Shown here piece after piece: positions 46,579-64,000 of a DNA stretch of 64,000 nucleotides. The stretch is taken from the NCBI RefSeq assembly GCF_009914755.1, contig NC_060933.1. One strand, given 5' to 3'. The notes below the pieces were generated by a model. That model was not told the origin of the DNA. It did no database searches and saw only the letters and a program-made list of their open reading frames with translations. The translations under genes and the position numbers were made by a program. How positions within the stretch are numbered: the stretch's first letter is position 1; every line of letters begins with the position of its first letter. Source of the DNA: the human T2T-CHM13v2.0 reference genome, Homo sapiens.

Positions 46579-49500
46579 ATTTTCTGTGCTCTACAAAAAT
46601 GGAAAAGGCAGAAGGGGGATATGCTGAACGTCTTAAGCAATTCAAAATTCAAAGGATGACAGAATACTTTAATTTGCACATTATTTACTCTTCAGTCTAA
46701 GAATAAGCCATCTTTCTTAAGTAATTCCTGCAAGATCTAAGCCCCGCCTTTCTCTTTTTCTTCTAACTTCACTTCTTCAACTCCCTACAACACGTGTGTG
46801 CATGCGCACACCCCCTGCTCCCTGCCCACACACACACCCAAGTTGGATAACACACAAGTTGGACTAGAAACTTTAACTCAACAGGTGAGATCACCTTAAA
46901 ATTCTTTCGATGTAGGAACTGAGGTAGACGTCTGGAGAAAACTAAAGAGATTTTTAAATCCTCTGGGCTGGCTGCTGTTCTCATATCACAGTCTCACTGT
47001 CATCTGACCCCTTAGCCCACCAACCACATCTAAAGCCAACTCCACATTGGCGCTGCCCCTGAGGATGCTAATGAACCGGCAGAAAGGCAAAAGAGATATT
47101 TTCTATTCTAGACTAGTTTTTACAGGAGAAGAGAGAAAAACTGAGGCCATGGACTAAAATGAGATTCAGAGCACTTCATTCAACCTTCCTCCTTTGACCC
47201 CTATGATTCTGGATTATCAACATGATTCATTCTGAAAAGCATTTAAATTCCTTGATCTTGTGAACATTCCTGGGGGAAAAACAGTTTAAAACACAACAGT
47301 AACAAACAAACAAACAAACCAGAAAGAAAAGAAAGCCTCTCACCTGCTATTTTCAGATATTTTCTAGATGGGAATGCAGAAATCTACTGCTTTTTTCCCA
47401 GGTTCTAGCGCCTGTAGCACATTGTCTCTCATCTGTCAGTGTATCTACACACATGTATAAACAGTACGCAACACGCAAGTAAGGAAATGTACATTTTAAC
47501 TTAAACTTCCTTTTTTCCTCTAATAATTTAAAAATAAAATGTAACAGCTTGGATTTTAAATATTTAATCTGGCAAATATAGGAAAATCATGAACTATAAT
47601 GTCATATTTGGCAAAGAAGAGTTTGGTAGGATAAAAATATCTGTGTTTTAACATTTTAGAAGGCTTTTCCAGTATTTTAAAAATAAAATTATTTCACTGC
47701 TTCAGAAGAGAAGAACGGAGGTAAAATTCGCTATTTTTGCACATGAGGTTTTCATGAAGAGTAGGAAAAAAACAATTTTTATATTCATTAAAATAAATAG
47801 TTATTTTTACATGCTGGCAAAAGTCCCCACAGAAATAAAATCTTCATATTTACTAATGGTTCTCTACTATGTCATGAAATTTAGCTATTTAAGTCACAAA
47901 AGATAGGATTCCCTTAAAACTATAACATAAGATGGTATATATAAAGTTACAACATTAACTCATTTGTAAAGAAAAAAATGTTGGTTTTACCCTACATGTT
48001 TAGTATACAGATTTTTTCAGTACTAGTCAAAGATTTATAGTGTTAAGTTCAAAAGTCAGTTGTTTTCACATCGGTAACCAACAGCATAACTAAATTTCCC
48101 ACTTTTACCTCATATTATGACAATAAAATATTTTTATCGTAGCAGCTGAAAATGCTGAAAAGTAATTATTAAAGAAACCATAAATATAAAAAGCTGAAAA
48201 GTCAACCTCAGACGAGTGTGGAAAAGGAAATTGTGATATGTACCATCATAAAACAGAGAAACTGAAAATCTAAGCAGAAAAGATCTAAATCCCTCCAAAT
48301 GCCAGAATACTATGCCCCACCTCTTGTAGCAAGGAGGGCTGCAAATTTGTCCCCATCACTGTCAGCAAACAAAAGAAAGTCACTTCTACAGCCAGACCAT
48401 GTCAAACAGAAGACGTAGCTACTGCAGACGGACGCCTTGAATCCACTGGTGTGTAAAGTAAGGGCTTGGGCCTTTTTGTCAGCTATTACCATTAAAGAAT
48501 AAGAGGAAACAGTGACATTATTACACAATAGAAAGGTCAAACAGCTTGCAGCCATTCCATGACCCAAACAAGTCAAGGTCAAGGGATTCAGGTAGCAACT
48601 TAGCCAGGGCATAAGTTACAGCGCAAATGAATTGTTTTAACACATCAGCTTTGGTCAATTAAACCTAACAAGGCAAGTTGCATCACGTAGCAGGGTTCCT
48701 GACACCAAGGCCAGAAGCTGAGACCGACCTCATAAAACAAGGCTTTTAACATAGCATAGCAAATTTAAGGTAATCCAACCAGAAACTGCAGATGTCAGAA
48801 TAATAAAATACAAGTTGTCCTACGAAGGAACATTTTTTACACTTCAGAATTCACTAATAGAGGGGTATAGACTTCATATTGACGTGTCATTAGCATAGGC
48901 ATAAATGTAATCCACCACTCACATGAATTACAGAATATACCCTACTTCAAATAACTTTTTCCTAATATCTGTGCTCATGATTAGATTTTTTGTCCCAAGC
49001 TCTACCATTCCGTTAGCACCAATACATTTATCCATGTATTTTTTTCAAAATGAGTATGAAAAATCAGGTTTTTAAAAAAACAGTTCATCTTCATTCAGCA
49101 TGAGACTATATATGTGTCGCTTAATATTAATGGATGCTTGTTAAATGCTTTTATGTAGTTTTATGAGAGATGTGTACTTCAAAATTCAATGAATACTATT
49201 AAGTTGACTATTTTGAGAAATAGACTATTTTGAATGGAGTTGAAGCTAACTAAAATTTTAAAACTGCATGTATTTAACATGAAATAATTCTTTTCTTAAA
49301 GGTAATTCTTATTTTATTTCGCACTTGTTTAAACAAATTCCATTTTCAACTGGTTTATGCTTCATCAATAACTTACTACATGTTCTGAACTGCCTTAAAA
49401 TAGGATTCTGAAAATACACAACCTCCAGGCAACTTTTGATAGTAAAATTACTTCATCCATCACCCCATATTTTTAATTATATAGTCCTTGTTCAGAGATC

Positions 49501-52500
49501 TTTAATTTGTCAGTGATTCATCAGTGCTGTCCTGTTTAAGCTATCATCATAAACAGAATATGTGTATCTAAGTGTTTTACTATAAACAATATAGTTATGC
49601 ATGTAATCATCTGCTTTCCCATTTTAGAACAATTAAATTGTGAAGGTTTTTTAAAAATGTGTGGCTTTCAATTCAGCCTCAAGGACTTTCCACCTCACTT
49701 GTTAGCCATTTCTTCCAATTTTCTGAATAATATAACAACCAAAAAGCCCAACCATTCAAGTCCTATTAGTCTCACTCTAACGTTCAATCTAATACAAGCT
49801 AATCCCACAGACTCACTCCTTACTACAACGCACTTAGTTTTCACAAGTTCTCTGCAGTTTGATGATTTATTCTCTATGCCAAATTCTAACAACTAAATTC
49901 AGTTAAATTAACCGCATCACAAAACTGGAGTTCAAGGTCCCAAGAATTTACTTTAAAATGAGACAACATACCACGTTGCCACAGAAAAGTGAGCATGATC
50001 AGAAGGAAGCGTCTCTTCTTGCTATGCTTGGCACTGGGGCATGCAGCCGTAATAACTCAAGTTTCCGATCGCATAACCACTAGTCCTTGAGATTTCTAAA
50101 ATTATTCCTCCTTCACAAGGATGGAGGGAAAAAGGCTGGAAAATTTGCTTTGAACATTATGTTGGCTAATCATTTGCTCCGCCATAGCACATACATAGGA
50201 AAACCCCTTAAGTGCCGCAAGTTCTACTTTCATCAACTTCAAACTGGAAAATGCTATTCTTTCATAAACCAAAGAGAAACATTTACCCAGAAGCTAGTTT
50301 CAGAGCCAGGGATCGCCTTTGCCCATAATTTTCAGGTATTTAATAATTGACCATTTTAATGAGTGTTTCATGTGCTCTTTGCACTCTTTGCAAACTTGGA
50401 GCTTCAAACAAAGCAATAACTACTTCTTTGATTATAAGTCCATTATCATGTAAGCCACCATGATAACAGAAATGAAAACTAACTTATCTCAATTTTTAAG
50501 AAATCCTGTGAATTCTGACATAACCTTCCGTTGGGTCCCTCTCTCTTCAGGTGCTGAAATTCTAACTGGCCAGCAGTGATGGCAAGAGCGCTAGTGTCAG
50601 AAAGCAAACGGTTTTATATAGCCTACCAGTCTAGTTTTTCAGTTTAATCTGGCTGAGTGAGAGCTTATGAGGAGAAAGACCTTGCTATATTGGGTATCTT
50701 GGATTGCTGTTTCAAATTTTAAGTGCCAAATTCAAAAGCAAAAAGTTAATGGAGGATTACAACTTTAACTTCCTTATGACAGCTTCTTCCTAAATTCCAA
50801 ATTTAGGGAAAAACAAGTAAGTAAATGAAAAATCCTACCAAATCTATTACGAATCTTCATGTTTGGAAGTGCTTCTTAGGTACCACCTTAGAAAACAGTA
50901 ACTTTAAAGAACTAAAGCTGTAGCAATAGATGGCCTCTCTCAATGGCTCCTACCCAGCTTTAAGTCTCCAGGCACAGGCACTATAACTGTGCCTATCAGG
51001 AAGGCATTCTTCAGGAGACCTGACCGTCACTCCTGTCACTGCAATGCACAGTCCTCTCCAATTACCACGATTCTCGAACAATGCATATTATTTTGGTTCT
51101 TACAAATATGGAGATATTTGGAATTATTTTACCACACAAGAGACATTGTGCACTAAATTTGTAAATCCAAATACATAATCTAACTATTTTTCATTACAAA
51201 ATTTGTAGTGCTGTATATACAGGGTGGGGGGAAGGATGCCTAATGCTGTCAGTAGAATATTTTACCAACCTTTGCTGCCTCCAGAAAGTGGGGCACTATA
51301 TATTTTTAAATATTTGAAAATCATAATTGATGTAACAAATAAGCGTCCCATCCCTCCCTCCGTCTCTCCTTCTCTCCCCCCACCCTTCCCTTTGAAAAAT
51401 GAGATCATATTAACTGCAATGCAAGAGCTTAGTTTGCCATATCGGAACACAGATGCCAAGCTTCCCCAGCTGGCAACTGGGGCCTCAGAGTTTAACTCTT
51501 AAATTGTCTGTTAAAGCTATCTTGTGGCAGAGACCTCATGGCATAGAGGGTGAACTTCTGGTGGGAGACTGTGTTTTCTTATCAGTGAGAAAATTGCTAA
51601 GTATCTTATCTCACAATATATGTTCCCACAAAGGTCTCATTAAGCCTAGGAGCAAGACATGCCAATAAGAGCCCTTCTTTATCTTGTGAATTGTGTATGA
51701 GCCAGAATGCAAACAAATGTGCACTAGAGTTCACAAGTTCAGTCAAGGACAAGTTGCTAGATGGGAAAACTTAACAGTGCTCCCCTAAATCAAACATGCA
51801 TACCAAGTATTTCTCCTACACACAAACTCTTATGTTCCCAGAGCATTTCACAGTGCAGACACACCAAATCATCCTAGAGAGCAGCCTCATTTTAATCAAT
51901 TATGAAAGCTTATTTTTTCCCATAATGGGAAATACCTGCAGATGAAGTGAAATCTATTAAAATGTTAAAATACACTGCCAACTTGCAAACAATTATCTAC
52001 TTAAGCTTTTCATAAAGAAATAATTGTTACCCAAAAGGATTCTGAAATTCAGTAACTGTAGGAAGAAAATAATTCTTAGCATTTGCTTCCTCACTAATGA
52101 TATGTGACAACCAGGAAGGCTTCTATTTCAAAAACAGTAATAATGATTATGACTTCCCCTGTAAATAAGTCACATTTTTCACAACTTCAAAATGTACTTC
52201 AATTATTATAACATTTAACAATAAAGCAACAAAAGTGGCCACCCAACAAGAGATCATAATTTTAAGGGTTCAACAAGGCTAAAGGAAACTACTTTTTCAG
52301 GATAGCAATGAGGTTTCTGGGCTCTCTTTAACACTCCAAAACATGTTTAATAAGAGTGCAAAGTACAGTCCAAAAATCAGTTAGGGTGACTCATTTTAAA
52401 CTCTAATCTGTTACATACACGACAACAGTTGCTATCTCTTGAGATCTTTAAATGTCTTGGTGTGTTGTGACCTCTCTCTTCAAAACGCTTTCCTGCCTCA

Positions 52501-53427
52501 GAGAAAGGCCAATCGCACTCCGGCCCCCCGACTCCCACCACCACCACCACCCCCTTCCTTTTTTCCCCTTCAGACAGGACACAGTCTGGCAACTCAAGGC
52601 CTCCCATAGGCCAGACTTCCTTCTGTGCAGCCCTTTGGGTAGAACTGCTAATCCTTCTTATTAATTAACGAGATAACGGTGGTTAACTGAAAAGCAATAT
52701 TAACGCTAACTATCTAGGAACCTTTAACCAAAATTATTTTAGGCTTTTGGTTGATTTTCCCAGTGTACAAAATTGTGCACTGAGAATTTCGAAACAGTGT
52801 GGTGCAGAATCGAGAAATTCCAGAATGACTGATTTTACCTCAGACCTGAACGCATAGGTCTCCTCTTTAAAGTTTTCTCTCTCTCTTTTTAAACATGTAT
52901 TCTGTTACACATTTCTAACTAGAGAGGAAAACTGAAGTCCTCTCAAAATGTTACTATAAAATTTGCAAGAGTGGCAAGTGAGGGAACTAGAAATTGCATA
53001 GCAAATAAGCAGTGATGTGACTGAGAGCAACAGTCAGTCATAATGAATGCATCACATATCATTACGTTAGGTTTGTCCTCCACACACTTGTCATAGCACA
53101 CCCTGCATCCTATAGGACACTTACATCCCAGGAAGCTGTGCTGTGCAAGGCTTGCCTGGTTTTTGTTTGGTTTTGTTTTTGCTTTGCTTTCATGAATGCA
53201 GTAACAAAGGCAATATGGGGAATAGGTAACACCTGCCCAAGAATCATTGGACGTCTTTAATATCTTTGGGAAAACAGATACCATTTAGAGCTATTTTTTC
53301 TTTAATCTGTCCCAGTTTTTTTAGACAAAACCTAAAAAAAGGAAGAGTTTTATATTAGCTAAGATTTGCTGCAGCAAACAAGCAAGCAGCTTTCATTCAG
53401 GGATTGTCAAAAACTTTCCAGTGTGCC

Positions 53428-53528
53428 CACTGCAATGCGGATGCCAACCAACGAATCAAAGGCATTCAGCAACTAGACAAAGAGGGTCTGATGCCAACCT
53501 CGGTGCCACTGGCAACCATTATTGGCAT
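53428..53528. repeat. TGCC/GGCA module, copy 1
   Basis: Direct repeat with 54225-54324 (15 differences in 101 nt by manual alignment). Confidence 0.9.
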
Positions 53529-54224
53529 CAAACACAGTGTCTGCCTTTTTTTTCCCCCTCGCCTGGCACTTCACAAACAAAATGGCGGTTCTTGTAGCAA
53601 CGAAACAGCCGAAGCGCAGCCCTCTGAATCAATAACATCAAATGACTTTATGGATTTAAACGCAGTTACTCCCAAATGATGTGTACATTTTAGGTGAAGT
53701 GCAGGGAGACATTTAATTTTATAAACAACTATATTGAACATCAGCCTTTGCTAATATAAGGAAATAGCAAAATGGACTGAATTGCGGTCAACCAGACTAC
53801 ATGCATAGTAGCCGAATAACAAAGAGATTTAGCTTTAAATAAAATACTGCCTCATGGCCACGTGATGCAAAAGTCTAATGAACTATATATCAAAAATGAT
53901 TTCAAAAAGCATAAATTTTTTCCCAAACCATATCAGATGCAGATGTAGCACTATAGCTTGTGTCAAAGCTCTGGTAACTCTTCCCACATTTCAGAAAGAT
54001 GAGGCTGCTGGGCATGAAGAAGGAAAAAAAGTGTGGGTTGAACCAAAAGAGAAAGAGGGAAAAAAGAAAAGCATAGGAAGTTGGTCAACAATGAAACTTT
54101 AGTACATGTTGGTCTTTATTTCGTCTTCCAGAAGAGATGCAGTGTGTGATCTTGTATAAATAACCAAGAGGACTATTGACATTTCTAGATCTGGAAATTG
54201 TCAATATATTGTAACATCACTCCA

Positions 54225-54324
54225 CACTGCAATGCGGATGCCAACTAACAAATCACAGGCATCCTGAGCTAAACAAAGAGGGTCTGATGCCAATCCTGGT
54301 GCCAGTGGCAACCATCTTTGGCAT
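54225..54324. repeat. TGCC/GGCA module, copy 2
   Basis: Shares cactgcaatgcggatgccaac and acaaagagggtctgatgccaa exactly with copy 1. Confidence 0.9.
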
Positions 54325-56676
54325 TCTCTCTGTTCTTTCTCATGTTTTTCTCCCAGTCATTTAGAAGTGGGGAGAGAGAAAAAGGGGGAAACGTAATTTT
54401 GTTGCTCTTTCTGCTGCAAACATTACATTTCTCTTTTCTGATTTTTCTTTCGTGTTTTCCTTTATACTTCTTTTCCTGATTTATAAAACAGACTTAGGTG
54501 AGTTATCATGTACTTAGAAGACAAATAAAAAGTCATCACTCGCGATATGCAGCCCTCTAACTGACCGGAGAATTATCTTTTAAAATCTGCCTTCTTTAAT
54601 CAATTGCACTATAAAATGACATAATTAACCTACACTTGACAAAGAAGAATATATAAATTTTGAAAAGGGGAAAACACAAAAGCATCCTGACGTGAGTTTT
54701 TCAAAGGAAGAACCAACAGATGTTAAGAGAAGATGATGCACTGGCAGGTAGCAGAGGATTCAAGTTATATACACAAGATAAAATAATGAAAAGTTCTTAC
54801 AATAGAGATTGTTGAACCAACAACAAAATCAATGTTTTATCTAAAACCATGGTCTCTTAAGAGTTGCTTAAAACTTTATAGTTATCATGACCAGTGGTGC
54901 AACATGGAAGGCATTTATGCGTTTTTTTTCTTTTTTCAATCTATCTCTACAAATCTTTATTGTCAGTTCATCAAAACTAAGAGAGCTGGCTGCCTTCCCC
55001 AGGAGTAAATGTGCATGCAGGCAGGCACACCTCAAAACCTAGCCTTCAAGCAACTTAAAATGTGAGCAGTAGTGAAGTGGTTGCAAATCTTCCCTCCCTG
55101 CACTAAAAAGTTACATGACCCACTTTTTGAAACTTTACTTCCATCCTTGACTTTCACAACACAGTTACAACACATTTATAGTCAATCCAACACATATATA
55201 CAGCCCACCTTAAAGTGTCACCTCCTAGACATCTGTCAATCAAATAAGTGTCATGTGTTACTGAGTTTTATTTTAGGACACATGGGACAAAAATATTATT
55301 TTCCCCAAACCATCATTATTTGGACTGTAATTCTTAAATGCATGGAAATATTAAATGCAATGTTTCATTTTTTCAGGAAAAGGTAATATTTCTAAAAGTG
55401 CAATGTCCAACACCATTATTTAAAATCAGACTAAAAATTCTAAAATGACACTTAAGCCTATCTCCAAAGCTACAAGAAAATCAAGACAAAAAGCACATAG
55501 TGAGGGCCTAGAATTCAGAGTCAAAAAAGTAATTTTGATTTTTTTGAATAATAAAGCTCATAGCAGTTTATTAAGTCCCACATTTATATAACAAACCTCA
55601 GGTAACAGTCTGTCACCTGGCTATCTGCAGGCCATTTTTCCTCCCACCAGGCCAAGTTTGGAAATGACCTACCATCTGTGACAGCTCAAACTTCAGTCTA
55701 CTTTTGGTATGCGGCTTTGTAAAATGATTGTTTTACTATGGATTGTTGGTAATGCAAGGACATCTATATCTTGATGCATTTATTTGAAGAAAAGAAATTC
55801 TTACCTACTTAAGGAAAATATATTAAGAAAAATAAAAATAATAAACATTTCATTAACTCAAATATTCAGTAATAACATCATCTTTTTTAATTATTTAGGT
55901 AAAATGTATACCATTCTCCTTCTCAGGTATTTTAAATAATAGGTATGGTATGCAGTTTCTGTATTCTTTTTAAGATTTATCTTAAACCAGTGTAACCAGT
56001 CCACTTTCTGTTTTTTGTTCTGTAAGCAGCGCTGCGACTTTCCTCCTCGGTAAGTTTTATGAATTTACATACAAGTAAACTAACATTATTAAGTGTTCCC
56101 AAGTAACTCTGGGAACATACTATAAATAATTTAAATAATAACTCAATTCCATTTAATCGACAGTGAATATTGCACAATCAAAAGTGATGATAGAAATATT
56201 AAAATTAAGTAAATCTAGGTCTACGTAAGATATACTTTTGATATTATCTATCTTAAGCATTTTGTAATAGTAAACATTAGTTCTATTTTCAGTGCGATAC
56301 CACTAAGTTCATAAACAAAGTCCCTCTACCTCATTAATTAATAAGGTTAATACAAAAATTATCTAGGATGGTTTGGCTATTCATAAATAAAGTTATATTT
56401 TCAAATCAGGAAAAGATTACTAGATTAGATGCAAAAATGTAGCCTACGACAGAAAGTATAGTGTAATGAACTATATTTGTTAGACTACCCTATGTCTTTG
56501 AAAAACAGTATTATTTTAAAGATACTTGAAAACGCACCTCTTTGTGGTCTTTCTTAAATATCCAAGCCTATCCAGGTACGAAAGCTCTGTGTCTATTTAC
56601 ATGGCTCGCACATGGCAGCGGACATGTGAGTGAAAGCGGACACCCTACTATACCCAGAGAGGGTGGAGGATATCTA

Positions 56677-63263
<6,587 letters not shown>

Positions 63264-63293
63264 CTGAGTGAGACAGATGGGAGAATACATCAT
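63264..63293 (-). CDS. NFIB: NFIB coding exon 1 (MMYSPICLTQ)
   Basis: Minus strand reads ATG ATG TAT TCT CCC ATC TGT CTC ACT CAG|gtacat. This is the recognisable NFIB N-terminus, and the phase-0 GT donor joins in frame to DEFHPF of exon 2. Confidence 0.95.
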
Positions 63294-63302
63294 GACTTCG
63301 CC

Positions 63303-63378
63303 TTAAAACGCACTTTCCGGGAGATGCCCAAGAAAATCTTCGAGAAGCAAGAATTTCATCTATTCATTTTACAGTCAT
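63303..63378 (-). promoter_or_regulatory. Three overlapping upstream ORFs (MTVK*, MNR*, MKFLLLEDFLGHLPESAF*)
   Basis: ATGs at 63378, 63367 and 63359 read directly on the minus strand. Assumes the TSS is upstream of 63378. Confidence 0.7.
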
Positions 63379-64000
63379 CTGAGCCCCGCGATGCGATCAA
63401 TCAGGACGGGGCTCTGCGCTGGATCACCGCAACTTCACAACAAACCCAGTCCTCCTTAAATAGCCAAAGATTCAAGTTCACTCGGCGTGCTAGAGTTCCA
63501 GGGGTGAAATCCAATCTACACTTTTAACCCTCTTGCAGTCCGAGCGCGCTGGCCGTGCTTGCCGAGGCCGCCGCCGCCGCCGGTGTTGGCTGCTTTTCGC
63601 CTGGGTTTGGGGATTTGTTTTCTATTTTGCAGTTGTTGTTGTTGTTGGGGTGTAGGGGGTGCGCGAAGGTTCGGTGTGGGTTGGATTGGGGTGGTGGTTG
63701 GTGGTAAAATGCTTTTTCAAAAAAGGCGGGGAGGGGGGCGCGGGAGGGCGCAGGAGGGCGAGCGGGCGGGCGGGAGGGAGAGCGGGGAGAATGTGTCACC
63801 GCGCTGGGAAAGTTCAAGGTTACAGCCCCAAGCACTGCGGCAGGATCCCGGAGTGGTGATCGCAGGCGAAACTTTGCCGCGAGCCGACCATGTGTGTGCG
63901 CGAGGGGCAGCGTGAGCGAGTGCGCGCGGGTGGCGGGGCGCGCGCGGGAGAGGGCCGGGGTGGGGGCGGGGTGGGATGGGGGAGAAGGGAGAGGCCGGGG

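Noticed and set aside
53428-53537. H/ACA snoRNA reading of the module (hairpin, AGACAA, hairpin, ACA)
   Set aside because: Works only on the strand antisense to the host gene, the hairpins are too short, and copy 2 lacks the ACA box.

Overview
Mammalian genomic DNA with primate Alus, most likely human, covering the 5' part of NFIB (nuclear factor I/B) on the minus strand. From right to left: a CpG-island promoter/5' UTR (~62.7-64 kb), coding exon 1 (MMYSPICLTQ), a 5,957-nt intron 1, the 532-nt exon 2 encoding the NFI DNA-binding domain, and >56 kb of intron 2 (exon 3 is not reached). Intron 2 carries 13 Alu/FLAM copies, three solo LTRs, MIR/L2 relics and microsatellites, while ~46.6-64 kb lacks recognisable transposons. 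The least explained signals are: (1) a ~100-bp module present twice in intron 2 (53428-53528, 54225-54324), in which nested TGCC/GGCA inverted repeats (NFI half-sites) and an ACAAAG motif are invariant while spacers vary, with similar grammar in intron 1; (2) exon 1 coding sequence that mirrors the intron 1 acceptor and ends in CAG|GT; (3) three uORFs chained by ATGA overlaps just before the start codon; (4) a spacer-less inverted Alu pair and a 185-bp local duplication inside a palindromic microsatellite. All calls are by eye; repeat boundaries and subfamilies are approximate.
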